Source: Desulfobulbaceae bacterium UBA2775 (lineage in GTDB: Bacteria; Desulfobacterota; Desulfobulbia; Desulfobulbales; Desulfocapsaceae). From it: a stretch of 64,000 bases of DNA. Both the position numbers and the translations under genes were made by a program. The stretch is from positions 51-64,050 of the forward strand of contig DEIL01000020.1 in the NCBI GenBank assembly GCA_002352445.1, written 5' to 3'. Shown one piece after another: positions 41,068-52,321 of the stretch (its first letter is position 1; each line of letters opens with the position of its first letter). Below the pieces are notes generated by a model. That model did not search any database, was not told where the DNA came from, and saw only the letters and a program-made list of their open reading frames with translations.

Positions 41068-44000
41068 TCATCGTTCAAAGGTGTAAAGAAGATCAGTCCC
41101 GGTAGCTTCAGTGGAAGTTTGTGTTTCCACAGAGAATCCATGGGCAAGACCATACCGTACTCGAAAAACGCCCAGCTGGCTGAACATATTCATATCATAA
41201 CCGAAATAGAGTTTTTTAGTAATCCGCTTACCTACAACCAGTGACATATCCTCTTTTTCCCCGCTTCCCTCGAGATGGAGATCATCCACTGAGAGGATAT
41301 TACCCAATCCCTTGCCAATATCAGAGCCACCTTGGACACCAAGAGCAACAGCTGTTGCCTCGAGTAAATTGCTCTCCTCCTCGGAAGAACCTGAGGTGGA
41401 GCGGCCAACCAGGAGATGGGAGAGTATATCGGCATCTTCCATAAATGGATCAGAAAAAAGATGGAACTTCAGATCCTGCACAAGCCCATTCACGTCGACT
41501 CCGACTACATAACCATCCCCGACAGCTTCTTCCGCACTAACCGCTTTCTGTGCCCTGGCATCAATGCCGGGATTATCGATAGGCCCACCGGTAAACAACA
41601 CCCTTCCCCTCTCAATATCAAAGGAACGACCGTACATTGTAAAAGTACCGTCAATAAGGCTCAGTTCACCTGTACCGGATAAAAAAGAATCGGGTCTGTT
41701 CAGTACCTCCAACCCCCCTTCCAGTCTACCTTTCAGCCCATATCCATCAATACGGACATCCCCACCAAGCTGAACATGCATATTTATAAAGACAGGCCAT
41801 TGATGCTCAATCAACTCCTCCCCGCCGTTAATCAAAATCACATCAGGTGATACGGTTACAGAACTGGTCATTTCCTCTGGAGTAATCAGCGCATAGGGAA
41901 CTTTTACGGTACCGCTGAATTCACCTTTGTCCTTACTGAAAAGGAATCTAGCATCCGGGGTAACCCTGATTGCATACTCCGGCAAACTAAACAGCTGAAA
42001 CTCCTCTCCCCTGACCAATAAATCCCCGAAAACACCCTCTCCCCCATATTGTAACTTTCCTGAAACTATGATTTTTCCGGGCCCTGATGATGCTTCACAC
42101 CTGATTCTTGCCCCCTGCTCTTCTGCAGCCACCTTAAATATAACATCTTCCAGGGTGACACCTTGATAAGGGAGGTCGATACCACCATTAATTATCTTTA
42201 ATTCACCGCTGACTATTGGCTGATTTAAGGAACCTGAAAGAGAGAGACTGCCATCCATTTTGCCGACTGGTTCGACCCAGTATCCGGTCAATGGCTCCAG
42301 AAAAGTCAAATCAAAGTCCCTGACATAAAGATCTCCTGTAAGCGGGAGATCTTCCCCTGCATAAGAAAATTTCCCAAAATTCTCAATTTCTGTCGACAAC
42401 CTGAGCAGGCTCTTATTGCCCATAGAACTTGATAAGAAGCCTAAAAACCTACCGTCATTCAAACTACCTGTAATAACAGTATCATCCAATTTCAGATGAC
42501 GTAACTCTTCCTCTGCCTGTACAATTTCAAAATCAGCCTCAGGAAACTCAAAGCGTATTTTTGCACTCACGACTTCTTTATTGTCGCCTTCTGCCTCAAG
42601 TTGACCGTTTATTACACCATTAACCGGCATCGAGAGTAACTGTGTCCAGTTCAGCCAGGGCAGAGCCATACCGTTCAGGGAACTCTTCACCTGCCAGTGA
42701 AAATTCTCTTCAGCGGTGTTCAGTTCACCATTCAAGCAAAATTTTCCCTCCCCATCCTCCAGACAAAAACCTACCAGCTTGAAACTATTGCCACCAACGA
42801 CCAATTGAGCTGGCTGCCTCTGCTCCACGTTCCCGTAGCTGACAGAATGATGATTTATTCCATAAAGTTCCCCTTGCCACAGTTTCCCTTTATATCCTCC
42901 TCTGGCCTTTAACTGTGACTTGCCATAGCCGGATAACAACTGCAGTGACATCGTATGCTCTTCAAAGAAACCTGATATTTCGGCAATAGCTGTATCAAAT
43001 AACATACCGGAACTGCGCATTTCTTCCCCTTGCAGGAATCCTTTAAATTCCTGACCGGAACTAAGTCCTCCCTCAAATCTGCCATCTAATTTGGCAACAC
43101 TGTGTTCCCGGTAGACCAATTTACCTGCCTGCAGAACAGCCGACAACTCAGGTTTTTGTGGTGTTCCTGCCATTTTTCCATTGAAGGAAACAGCACCACT
43201 TCCTCCGGGAATAAGTTGACCTATATCCGGGGATGAGAGGGAAAAATTCAGGGCAAAAAGATCTCCGGCTGTGCCACTTACCTGCAATTCTGAACCACCG
43301 TGTTTCAACTCTATCCCCTCTGTCTGCAGTCTGCCATTTTTAACCTGGATACTGCCTCCGCCTGAAATTGGCAGACCTCGCAGCAAGCCTGATATTTCCC
43401 GAAGAGTAAGATACCCCTCTGCACCCGCTTCAAGTTGTCGTAACTCTCCGCTTACTCGCCCACTGATCTGACCAGAAAGTTCTGAGTAAAAAGGGGATGG
43501 ATCAAAATTATCAAAAGAGATATCACCTGCCCAAATGAACGGATCTGCCCATGAAAACCCTCCGTGGTGGATCAATGCATTTCCGGAGAAATCACCACTT
43601 TGAACAAGAAGCCCATTACTGTACACCTCGTATTCCGTCAGAAACACATCGCCTTGGACAGCTATCTGCTGTTGACGTAATACCCCCTCAAGGCCAGCAA
43701 TTTCAAAAGAAGCTTCAACACCGTTTTCGACAACCTTGCCATTGCTCCTCAGATCAGCATCTATTGTCCCCGGAATCTCATCTGTGATAATTGCAGGATC
43801 AAAATTTTTAAAGATGAAATGTCCTCCCCAGCTAAAAGTATCAGCCCAGGAAATCCAGCTATCCTCAGCCAGAGCAGTTTTTTCTCCACTCGCCAGGTGC
43901 AGAGATTGAAAATCAATACCAAGCCAATCAGCACTCAGCCTGCTGACAAGGTGAATATTTTTCAGATCATCCCAACTCCCATCAGCCTCAACATCACCAC

Positions 44001-44859
44001 TGTATCCCTCCAATCCGCCTGATGCATGAACAACAGCTTTCGTAAGTTGTATCTCAGGCATCACTTCATGGAAGCTGGAAAGATCGACATCCGTTCCATC
44101 TACCACCACTTTCCATTGAAGATCATCCAGTAAATTGATAACCGTACCCCTCGCACGAACTGTTGCCGGATGATGCAGTCCGAGATCTACCGCTAAGTTG
44201 TCAAGTGGACCCTTTATCGAATAGGTACCGGCTAGATTATTAACCCCCTCCATTGAGAACCTGTACCCACCAGCGAGATCCAGACTCCACCCATGTCTGG
44301 TATCGAGAAACCCATGGGATTTAAAGCCAAATTCAGATGCATCCAGAAAAAAGTCATTCAAGCCTACTTGATATCCCTGCCAGTTCAGCTCAAAACCGCC
44401 ATTCTCTATTCGCACTATTTCACTGCCACCATCAGCAACAAGACTCAAATTCTTGATACTGACTTCATTGACAACAAAAACAAAAGGGAGAAAGAGTTTT
44501 GGCAACACCAAAGGAGAATCTGAAGACACCTCTTCAACACCACTCTTGAGAGTCACTTTGCTGTCTCTGAAAGCAAGCCTGGCAAAATCAAACTCTCCCG
44601 AAAAAAGTTTTACCGGACGCCAGCTGCACTCCATCTCAGCCACGCTCACAGCAACACCCTCCAGGTCAACTTCAACACCCTTTAAAGACCATTCACCTGC
44701 CAGTTTTCCTTTGACACTTCCAATGGTAAGAAACTCACTGCAGACGCTGTTCACCGTCTTTTTAATCAAAAGAAGGCCGGTGTCTGTGCACACAATTGAT
44801 CCGACAAGGAGGGTAAGGAGAAGTAAAATCGATAAAAGCAGAAATACTATTTTCCTCAT
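41068..44859 (-). CDS. tamB: Translocation and assembly module TamB
   Basis: N-terminal anchor, long beta-rich body, DUF490-like C-terminus ending YTFER; follows tamA. Confidence 0.85.
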   Translation of the reverse strand: MRKIVFLLLSILLLLTLLVGSIVCTDTGLLLIKKTVNSVCSEFLTIGSVKGKLAGEWSLKGVEVDLEGVAVSVAEMECSWRPVKLFSGEFDFARLAFRDSKVTLKSGVEEVSSDSPLVLPKLFLPFVFVVNEVSIKNLSLVADGGSEIVRIENGGFELNWQGYQVGLNDFFLDASEFGFKSHGFLDTRHGWSLDLAGGYRFSMEGVNNLAGTYSIKGPLDNLAVDLGLHHPATVRARGTVINLLDDLQWKVVVDGTDVDLSSFHEVMPEIQLTKAVVHASGGLEGYSGDVEADGSWDDLKNIHLVSRLSADWLGIDFQSLHLASGEKTALAEDSWISWADTFSWGGHFIFKNFDPAIITDEIPGTIDADLRSNGKVVENGVEASFEIAGLEGVLRQQQIAVQGDVFLTEYEVYSNGLLVQSGDFSGNALIHHGGFSWADPFIWAGDISFDNFDPSPFYSELSGQISGRVSGELRQLEAGAEGYLTLREISGLLRGLPISGGGSIQVKNGRLQTEGIELKHGGSELQVSGTAGDLFALNFSLSSPDIGQLIPGGSGAVSFNGKMAGTPQKPELSAVLQAGKLVYREHSVAKLDGRFEGGLSSGQEFKGFLQGEEMRSSGMLFDTAIAEISGFFEEHTMSLQLLSGYGKSQLKARGGYKGKLWQGELYGINHHSVSYGNVEQRQPAQLVVGGNSFKLVGFCLEDGEGKFCLNGELNTAEENFHWQVKSSLNGMALPWLNWTQLLSMPVNGVINGQLEAEGDNKEVVSAKIRFEFPEADFEIVQAEEELRHLKLDDTVITGSLNDGRFLGFLSSSMGNKSLLRLSTEIENFGKFSYAGEDLPLTGDLYVRDFDLTFLEPLTGYWVEPVGKMDGSLSLSGSLNQPIVSGELKIINGGIDLPYQGVTLEDVIFKVAAEEQGARIRCEASSGPGKIIVSGKLQYGGEGVFGDLLVRGEEFQLFSLPEYAIRVTPDARFLFSKDKGEFSGTVKVPYALITPEEMTSSVTVSPDVILINGGEELIEHQWPVFINMHVQLGGDVRIDGYGLKGRLEGGLEVLNRPDSFLSGTGELSLIDGTFTMYGRSFDIERGRVLFTGGPIDNPGIDARAQKAVSAEEAVGDGYVVGVDVNGLVQDLKFHLFSDPFMEDADILSHLLVGRSTSGSSEEESNLLEATAVALGVQGGSDIGKGLGNILSVDDLHLEGSGEKEDMSLVVGKRITKKLYFGYDMNMFSQLGVFRVRYGLAHGFSVETQTSTEATGTDLLYTFER

Positions 44860-46598
44860 TACAGATCCCCGCCAACTGTCAAATGAACCCTCAAAGGATT
44901 GCCGTCTTCAGTGACTGCCGACGCTAGATCCAGTCGTATCTGACCAAAAGGCAGCCGAATTCGCACCCCTGCTCCGACACCCTGAAAAAAGTCGAGCTCA
45001 AGATCATCAGTTGCACTGCCCACATCCCAGAATACAGCAGCACTCCAGTAATCTTTGATAATTTTTTCAACTTCAATACTGCCCACAACCAGATATCTTC
45101 CCCCAATCACCGTGCCTGAGTCATCTTCCGTACCAATAGATTTATATTTATAGCCACGGATAGAACTGTCTCCACCAGTGTAAAATCTGAGTGAAGGTGG
45201 CAGAGAATCAATGGAATCAACCCAGGTAACCCCCAGGGATCCCCGCCCGATAAATCGCCACTGTTCAAAGGGCGAGATAATAGCTTTACCACTTAAAGTG
45301 GTTTGTAAAAAAGTGGCGTCGGCCAAAAAACCTTCAACGGAACCGAGAAAACCAATGGCAGCCTGCAGACCATTCTTGGTGTTAAGAATATTATCAGCAA
45401 AAATAAAGCCGCCATTGAGTGAGGGAATAAGCAACGTACTATCGCCGCTGGTATTACCAACATCGTAGACCTCGTCCCGCAACTCCAGGCCAATACCATA
45501 CAGGTAGCGGGGGCCGGAATATGCACGAATCAGAGAAGCGGTAATCAATTGGGTATCGGTATCATCCCATCTCTGATCCTGGTAGGTCAATCCATGTACA
45601 AATGTCTCATATCGTGGATCACCTCGAGGGATTTCGTAATAAAGAGAAAAAGCATCCTCATACTCAGCCACCAGCATGGAGGCCTTCATTTTATGCCCTT
45701 TTTCGTTGAACAACCTGTTGGTCCAGTCAACTTTACCTCTGATGCCGGTATCGGTTGCATATCCAAGCCCAAGGCTATATTTGTTAAGATTCTTCGGAGG
45801 TGTTAATTCAAGGTTAACGGGAATATGCAGATCCACAATATTATCCGTATCGCCTTTCGCTACAACACTGCTGAAATAATCGGTGCGATAGAGAATCGAC
45901 TGGAGTTTAAAAAGCATTGCGGGATTATACGGATCACCAACCTTATACGGCAGATACCTACTCAGCAGACCCGGCCTCAAAACCTTTTGCTCACTCTTTA
46001 TTTGACCAAAAAGATACTGTGGTCCAGTCTCCAGTACAAGATGAACTGTTGCGCTGTTGGCCTCAACATTAATGCGCAGTTCCTGTTGTGCAAAACCGGC
46101 ATCAAGAAAACCTTCATCAAAAGCAGCATTTATAAGCTGTTTTTTTCCCTTTTCATAGAGCCTTTGGTCAAGAGTATCATCTACACTAAGTGGAAATCCT
46201 GCTGCGGCAGCGTTCAATTTCTCACCATCTTTGCCCTGACCTCTAATTTTGCATACCACCTTTTTCACCAGAATCGGCTCACCTTTTTCAATAATGTAAC
46301 GAGCCTGCCATATCTCATTTTCTTTACTGAGTGTGCTTATAACCTCCGGTTGATAATATCCAAATGGAGCCAGGGCAGAACGAATGTCCTCATCCGCCTG
46401 CCTGTGCAACCGCTTCAATTCTCTCTTCCCCAATCGCTCATTGTCCCTGTGGAGATAAAGCTTCAAACGCGCCAGAACATTTTCATAGATTGGTCCATCT
46501 ACACCTTCAACCGTAACCGAAACCTTCACCTCAGCAGAGGCAGGCAACGGCGGAAGAAACAACATCACCAGTATCAGAAAGAGTATTCGACAGGACAA
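44859..46598 (-). CDS. tamA: Translocation and assembly module TamA
   Basis: ALAPFGYY, GYATDTG, RFYTGGDSSIRGY (Omp85 family). Confidence 0.9.
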   Translation of the reverse strand: MSCRILFLILVMLFLPPLPASAEVKVSVTVEGVDGPIYENVLARLKLYLHRDNERLGKRELKRLHRQADEDIRSALAPFGYYQPEVISTLSKENEIWQARYIIEKGEPILVKKVVCKIRGQGKDGEKLNAAAAGFPLSVDDTLDQRLYEKGKKQLINAAFDEGFLDAGFAQQELRINVEANSATVHLVLETGPQYLFGQIKSEQKVLRPGLLSRYLPYKVGDPYNPAMLFKLQSILYRTDYFSSVVAKGDTDNIVDLHIPVNLELTPPKNLNKYSLGLGYATDTGIRGKVDWTNRLFNEKGHKMKASMLVAEYEDAFSLYYEIPRGDPRYETFVHGLTYQDQRWDDTDTQLITASLIRAYSGPRYLYGIGLELRDEVYDVGNTSGDSTLLIPSLNGGFIFADNILNTKNGLQAAIGFLGSVEGFLADATFLQTTLSGKAIISPFEQWRFIGRGSLGVTWVDSIDSLPPSLRFYTGGDSSIRGYKYKSIGTEDDSGTVIGGRYLVVGSIEVEKIIKDYWSAAVFWDVGSATDDLELDFFQGVGAGVRIRLPFGQIRLDLASAVTEDGNPLRVHLTVGGDL

Positions 46599-46834
46599 GG
46601 ATATTTATATTAAGAAGAGCTTTATTATGATGACTAACCCGACTAGTTGGAAAACTTTCAGGCACGCTGGATAAGTACCTTGAAAGTAAATGGAACAGCA
46701 TAATTTCAAAATACACTCCTTGATTTCTTGTTTTTTATTACAGGATTTAAGGAGTAAAGTACTCTATAGATAGTGCCCATATCACAGTAGCCAGGTTTCC
46801 GGATTATTTAACAATAGTTTCCCATATTTTAAAG

Positions 46835-48175
46835 ATGAATATTGAGAAGGTTACAATTAAAAAAGTTGTAAACGGTGGCTTTGGCCTGAGTCATCTCCCT
46901 TCCGGCCAGATAATTCTTGTGCAGAGAGCCCTTCCAACTGAGATAGTCAACGTATCAATAGAAAAAACAAAAAAGAATTATCTCTTTGGTGAAATAAGGC
47001 AGATCGTCAAACCTCACCAGGCACGAAGAGTAGCTCCCTGCAAATACTACAGCCATTGCGGTGGATGCAACCTGCAACACTGTGATACAGCCACCCAGAT
47101 TACAATAAAAAAGGAAATTTTGCTCGACCTTCTCCAGCGTAGTTCTGATGCCCGGGTACGTAAAGCAGTAAACCTTCTCCTTGACCCTGTTGCCTCCCCC
47201 TCCGCTTTTCGCTATCGACAGCGCATTCGTCTTCAGATTGATAAACATGGTGAAATCGGTTTTCGCCAGTTCCGATCCCATAAAATTGCCTCTGTCAACA
47301 GTTGTCTGTTAGCTGAAGAGCCCATAAATAAAAGCCTTCGTAAACTTAGTAACCTGACAGATTTCCATAAACTTACTTCCCTGGCAACGGAAATAGAATT
47401 TCAGCTTAACCCTCAATCAGGAAAAGTTGTCTGCCTCTTTCACTTTATCAGGAAACCGAGACCCGCCGACATCGGTGCCGCAAGATCAATCTGCAGCGAT
47501 ATTCAACCTGTGGAACGTATCTTTTTTTCAGGAGAAAATTTTCCCATTATGGGGCCATATGGGGAGGAAGAAACATCACCAGGAAGAAATCTGCTTGTTC
47601 GCTACCCGGAAATAGCAAAAGGATCCACCCCACTTAATCTGCAATGGGAAGCCGGAGGATTCTGCCAGGTAAATCTGCAACAGAACAAACAGCTCATCAA
47701 TATCGTGTTGGAGTTCTGTAACGCAACAAGGGAAGAAACAGTTCTGGATCTTTTCTGCGGGATGGGAAATTTCTCAATCCCAATTGCCCGACAGGCAAAA
47801 AAACTCACAGGGATTGAGGGCCAGGGAAGTTCAATTCGCAGTGCGAAATCCAATGCTGTAAATAATGGCTTACCCAATACCATATTTATAAAGAGCCCAA
47901 TCCATACCGGGTGCAAAAAACTGCGGGAACAAGGATCTCGTTTTGACTGCGTTATAATTGACCCACCCCGACAGGGAACCCCGGCTCTGGCAGCCGACCT
48001 TGCAATGCTGGCAAAAAAACGACTTGTCTATATTTCCTGCGATCCTGCCACTCTCTGCCGCGACCTTGCGGAACTCGCCCAGGCAGGCTTTGAGATCAAA
48101 AAAATACAACCAATAGATATGTTCCCCCAGACACACCATATCGAAACCGTCGTACTTCTGGAGAAATCAATATAA
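46835..48175 (+). CDS. rlmD: 23S rRNA (uracil-5)-methyltransferase, RlmD/RumA family
   Basis: TRAM domain, C...CGGC cluster, LDLFCGMG, DPPR, YISC, DMFPQTHHIE. Confidence 0.88.
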   Translation: MNIEKVTIKKVVNGGFGLSHLPSGQIILVQRALPTEIVNVSIEKTKKNYLFGEIRQIVKPHQARRVAPCKYYSHCGGCNLQHCDTATQITIKKEILLDLLQRSSDARVRKAVNLLLDPVASPSAFRYRQRIRLQIDKHGEIGFRQFRSHKIASVNSCLLAEEPINKSLRKLSNLTDFHKLTSLATEIEFQLNPQSGKVVCLFHFIRKPRPADIGAARSICSDIQPVERIFFSGENFPIMGPYGEEETSPGRNLLVRYPEIAKGSTPLNLQWEAGGFCQVNLQQNKQLINIVLEFCNATREETVLDLFCGMGNFSIPIARQAKKLTGIEGQGSSIRSAKSNAVNNGLPNTIFIKSPIHTGCKKLREQGSRFDCVIIDPPRQGTPALAADLAMLAKKRLVYISCDPATLCRDLAELAQAGFEIKKIQPIDMFPQTHHIETVVLLEKSI

Positions 48176-48239
48176 TTTAAACAGTTGGTTTAAAGAGAAT
48201 AGTTGCAAAGCAGCTAAAGAAGGCCTACCTTAGGTCATA

Positions 48240-48335
48240 TAGTTGCGGGAGCTTGGTTCAACCGGGCTGAGAGGGGTTTTCGAATAACCCGACCGTTTAA
48301 CCTGATCCGGATAATGCCGGCGGAGGGAAAAGTAT
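48240..48335 (+). ncRNA. TPP riboswitch
   Basis: GGGAGC...GGCTGAGA...GACCGTTTAACCTGATCCGGATAATGCCGGCGGAGGGAA consensus, upstream of the thiamine ABC transporter. Confidence 0.93.
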
Positions 48336-48343
48336 GATTTTTC

Positions 48344-48374
48344 AGCCGCCTCTCTACCGAGGCGGCTTTTTTTT
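48344..48374 (+). terminator. Riboswitch expression-platform terminator
   Basis: AGCCGCCTC-tctacc-GAGGCGGCT followed by a T tract. Confidence 0.85.
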
Positions 48375-48424
48375 ACTTTCACACTCCCAGGAACCTTTTA
48401 TCTGAAAATCCATAAGGAGACACG

Positions 48425-49471
48425 ATGAAGATTTTTCCCACGTTTCTTGGCGTTGCCTTGATACTGCTTGCAGTCACAACAGTTCTGCCTGTTGCAAAGG
48501 CGGAAAAGACCATCACCTTAATGAGTCACGACAGCTTTAATATCAGTAAGGAAGTTATCGAAATCTTTGAAAAGGAAAATAAGGTTAAAGTTCGCTTTCT
48601 TAAGGCTGGTGATGCAGGAGCAGCCCTGATACAGGCTATTCTCTCAAAAAAGAACCCGCTTGCGGATGTCTTTTACGGTGTTGATAACAGTTTTATGAGC
48701 CGGGCACTTGATGCCGAGATCTTTATCCCCTACGCTTCCCCTCTCCTGAATAATATTCCGGATCATCTTAAACTGGACAAACTAAACAGGCTGTTGCCTG
48801 TGGACTACGGCGACGTCTGTCTTAATTATGACAAGGCGTGGTTCCAAAAGCAGACACTGATACCCCCAAAAGAATTGAGTGATCTTATCAAGCCGGAGTA
48901 TAAAGGTCTGACTGTTGTGGAGAATCCTGCTATTTCCTCACCAGGTATGGCCTTTCTACTGGCAACCATTGGCAGATTTGGCGAGAATGGCTATCTCAAT
49001 TTTTGGAAAGAATTGCGAGAAAATAATGTCATAGTGGCAAATGGCTGGGAAGACGCTTACTACGGTCATTTCACTTCAGCCTCCAAAGGAGACCGCCCCA
49101 TTGTGGTAAGCTATGGATCAAGCCCTGCCGCCGCTGTTTACTATTCTGAGAAACCACTCTCTGAGGCTCCAACTGCAGCTGTGATCAGTCATGGATCAAC
49201 CTTCCGCCAAATTGAATTTGCGGGAATCCTCAAAGGTACTGATAAGCCTGAACTGGCAAAGAAGCTGGTTGATTTTATGCTGGATATTCCATTTCAGGAG
49301 GATATACCTCTGCAGATGTTTGTCTATCCGGCAAACAGCAAAGCCGACCTGCCGGAACTCTTTACCAGACATGCTGTGGTAGCCGAAAAACCGGTGATTG
49401 TCGCCCCAGCTGCAATTGAAAAAAACCGGAACAAATGGATCGAGGAATGGACGAATACAGTTCTCCGTTAA
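48425..49471 (+). CDS. thiB: Thiamine ABC substrate-binding protein
   Basis: HDSF, GDAG, DYGDVCLNYD, VVSYGSSP, RQIEFAG; follows the TPP riboswitch. Confidence 0.9.
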   Translation: MKIFPTFLGVALILLAVTTVLPVAKAEKTITLMSHDSFNISKEVIEIFEKENKVKVRFLKAGDAGAALIQAILSKKNPLADVFYGVDNSFMSRALDAEIFIPYASPLLNNIPDHLKLDKLNRLLPVDYGDVCLNYDKAWFQKQTLIPPKELSDLIKPEYKGLTVVENPAISSPGMAFLLATIGRFGENGYLNFWKELRENNVIVANGWEDAYYGHFTSASKGDRPIVVSYGSSPAAAVYYSEKPLSEAPTAAVISHGSTFRQIEFAGILKGTDKPELAKKLVDFMLDIPFQEDIPLQMFVYPANSKADLPELFTRHAVVAEKPVIVAPAAIEKNRNKWIEEWTNTVLR

Positions 49472-51137
49472 TTTTTTGAAAACCAATTTTTCCTCAAACC
49501 GCTGGCTTCTCCTATCTCTACCATTGCTCTTCCTTGCTCTTTTCTATTTTTATCCCCTTATAAAGATAGTTATCATGAGTTTTGCACCGGAGGGAGTATG
49601 GGAACCGGAGCGACTCAGGCAACTCATCTCTTCAGATAATTATTTTCGTGTCCTGCGCTTTACCTTCTGGCAGGCTGCTCTCTCAACTCTGTTCACCTTA
49701 ATCCTTGCTCTGCCCGGCGCCTATATTTTTGCACACTTCAACTTCCCGGGCAAAAATATGCTTCAGGCTCTTATGACTGTACCCTTTGTCCTGCCAACGG
49801 TTGTCACAGCGGCAGCATTCAGAGCGTTGCTTGGGTCAGGAGGCCTGGTAAACAGCTGGCTGATGACAGCTTTAGATCTCTCAGGTCCACCAATCAGGAT
49901 TGACCAGACAGTTACTTTCTTTCTTCTGGCCCATATCTTCTATAATTATTCTTTAGTGTTACGTATTGTCGCAGGATACTGGAGCAACCTTGACCCTGAC
50001 ATTCGTGAAGCAGCCGGAATGCTCGGAGCCTCGCCCTGGCAGACCTTTAAAAAAATAACACTTCCCCTGCTCATACCTGCAATTGCTTCCGCAGCAGTTT
50101 TAGTATTTATCTTCTGTTTCACAAGTTTTGGTGTAATACTTATCCTTGGAGGGCCTGGATATGCCACCATTGAAGTGGAAATTTATCGCCAGGCAGTACA
50201 GTTTTTCAACCTTCCCATGGCAGCTGCACTTTCCCTTATCCAGATACTTATCAATTTTCTGCTCATGTGGCTTCATGCCCGAATAGGGAGTAAAAACAGA
50301 GTAAGCTTTTTCTCAACCGCTATTGGAGGAACTCCAAAAAAAATTAAAGGCTTTCTGCAAAAAAGTTTGCTCCTCACCAATCTCCTCTTTATGGTTACTC
50401 TGCTACTTGCGCCTCTGTCCGCACTCTTACTTCGCTCATTTATCGGTGAACACGGGTTTACCCTGGCTTACTATTCGTCTCTTTTTACCAGCCATACGAG
50501 GTCAGTCTTTTTTGTTCCACCAATTAATGCTGTGCTTAACAGTATCGGTTTTGGTCTTACAGCAATGTGCATTGCTGTAATTCTCGGCCTTTTCGCCTCA
50601 TCATATTTAGCCTCTGCAAAAGGACGCAGTGCACCCTTCTGGGACGCAGTAATCATGCTCCCTCTGGCAACTTCTGCTGTAACCCTCGGTTTTGGTTATA
50701 TTATCACCCTCAACACACCTCCACTAAATCTGCGCGATTCCCTTGCTCTTGTACCAATAGCCCATGGCCTGGTGGCATTTCCATTTGTGGTCCGCTGCAT
50801 CCTGCCGGGGATTCGACAGATACCGCAATCGTTGAGGGAGGCGGCCACTCTCCTTGGAAGTTCTCCGCTCCAGGTCTGGCGGCGGGTTGATCTACCTCTT
50901 GCCAGCCGACCAATCATGGTTGGGGCAATTTTCGCTTTCTCCATATCCATGGGGGAATTCGGGGCCTCATCCTTTGTTACCCGGCCCCATACACCTACCA
51001 TGCCGGTTACCATTTTTCGATTCCTCAGCCAGCCCGGCGACCTTAACTATGGCCAGGCTATGGCCATGAGCACAATTCTAATGCTGGTTACAGCCAGCGG
51101 CTTCTGGCTGCTGGGAAAGATAACGGATAACAGATGA
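49398..51137 (+). CDS. thiP: Thiamine ABC permease (true start probably near 49477)
   Basis: Two EAA loops; TFWQAALST, PFVLPT, SMGEFGA. Confidence 0.88.
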   Translation: MSPQLQLKKTGTNGSRNGRIQFSVNFLKTNFSSNRWLLLSLPLLFLALFYFYPLIKIVIMSFAPEGVWEPERLRQLISSDNYFRVLRFTFWQAALSTLFTLILALPGAYIFAHFNFPGKNMLQALMTVPFVLPTVVTAAAFRALLGSGGLVNSWLMTALDLSGPPIRIDQTVTFFLLAHIFYNYSLVLRIVAGYWSNLDPDIREAAGMLGASPWQTFKKITLPLLIPAIASAAVLVFIFCFTSFGVILILGGPGYATIEVEIYRQAVQFFNLPMAAALSLIQILINFLLMWLHARIGSKNRVSFFSTAIGGTPKKIKGFLQKSLLLTNLLFMVTLLLAPLSALLLRSFIGEHGFTLAYYSSLFTSHTRSVFFVPPINAVLNSIGFGLTAMCIAVILGLFASSYLASAKGRSAPFWDAVIMLPLATSAVTLGFGYIITLNTPPLNLRDSLALVPIAHGLVAFPFVVRCILPGIRQIPQSLREAATLLGSSPLQVWRRVDLPLASRPIMVGAIFAFSISMGEFGASSFVTRPHTPTMPVTIFRFLSQPGDLNYGQAMAMSTILMLVTASGFWLLGKITDNR

Positions 51138-52183
51138 CAATTTTAAATGTTAAAAATCTCTCAAGCAGCTACGAGGGACAACCCCTGTTAAAGGAGATCA
51201 CTTTCAGTCTGAAAAAAGGAGAAATTCTCTGCCTGCTTGGACCTTCAGGTGCCGGTAAAACCACCCTTCTTCGTCTTCTGGCAGGCCTTGAAAAAGAAGA
51301 TGGCGGGATTGTCACCTTTGGCAACCTCAATATCCAGACTATTCCTTCACATAAACGAAATTTTGGCATGATGTTTCAGGAGTACGCTCTTTTCCCCCAT
51401 AAAAACGTCTTTGAAAATGTTTCTTTCGGCCTGGAGATGAAAAAAAGTCCGCTCAAAGCCCGCCAGGAGAAAGTTGCTGAAATGCTGGAAACTGTCGGTT
51501 TAAAAGGCTTTGCCCACCGCACCATTGATGAACTTTCAGGAGGAGAACGGCAGCGTGTGGCCCTTGCCAGATCCCTTGCGCCAGAGCCTCAACTCTTACT
51601 CCTTGACGAACCCCTTGGCTCTCTTGATAGAACATTAAGAGACAGACTCTCGGTAGAAATCCGTTCCATCCTCAAAGCTCTCGAAGTCACCGCACTCTTT
51701 GTCACCCATGACCAGTCGGAGGCATTCAGCGTAGCAGATAAGGTGGCTATACTCTACGAAGGAAAACTTGAGCAATTCGACAGTCCGGAAAATATCTACC
51801 GTACTCCTGCAAATACAACCGTTGCCAGTTTTCTTGGCTTTAAAAATATAATTTGCGGGAAAATGGATAACGGTGACCTTTTTTGCTCTGCCATTGGGCC
51901 AATTTATCTTCCGGCAGAATGCAATGATAAACAGAATTGCCACCTACTTATTCGGCCGGAAGCAGCACGGATTATTCGTGGGGAGGAAATAAAGGAAGAT
52001 GAGATTGCTTTAGAGGGAAAAGTCGTTAAGAAACAGTTCCAGGGGGCTACCTACAAGCTGCAGATTGAGGTAGGCGAGCAGATGCTCTTTTTCGATCTGC
52101 CTATTGACCCGACGCCTCCGGGGATTGGCTATCCTGTCGATCTTGCAATCCGCACCTCCGCCCTTATCTGGCTGGCATCATAG
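51134..52183 (+). CDS. thiQ: ABC ATP-binding protein of the thiamine transporter
   Basis: GPSGAGKT, LSGGERQRVALAR, TOBE-like C-terminus. Confidence 0.85.
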   Translation: MTILNVKNLSSSYEGQPLLKEITFSLKKGEILCLLGPSGAGKTTLLRLLAGLEKEDGGIVTFGNLNIQTIPSHKRNFGMMFQEYALFPHKNVFENVSFGLEMKKSPLKARQEKVAEMLETVGLKGFAHRTIDELSGGERQRVALARSLAPEPQLLLLDEPLGSLDRTLRDRLSVEIRSILKALEVTALFVTHDQSEAFSVADKVAILYEGKLEQFDSPENIYRTPANTTVASFLGFKNIICGKMDNGDLFCSAIGPIYLPAECNDKQNCHLLIRPEAARIIRGEEIKEDEIALEGKVVKKQFQGATYKLQIEVGEQMLFFDLPIDPTPPGIGYPVDLAIRTSALIWLAS

Positions 52184-52321
52184 CTATCACAAAAATGAAC
52201 AGTGTGGTGGCTGAAGTTGTTCCTTGAGAATTGTATTGCTCCTCATTATAATAACCATGGATCGATGAATTCTCCTCAACCGAATCAACTTAAACTCAAA
52301 TAATTGTCTCTCTTGTTATTC

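Noticed and set aside
45825-46613. 262-aa plus-strand ORF and other antisense ORFs in the track (e.g. 34723-35292, 6461-7015, 38473-39033)
   Set aside because: They lie opposite well-supported genes and show no recognisable motifs; treated as shadow ORFs.
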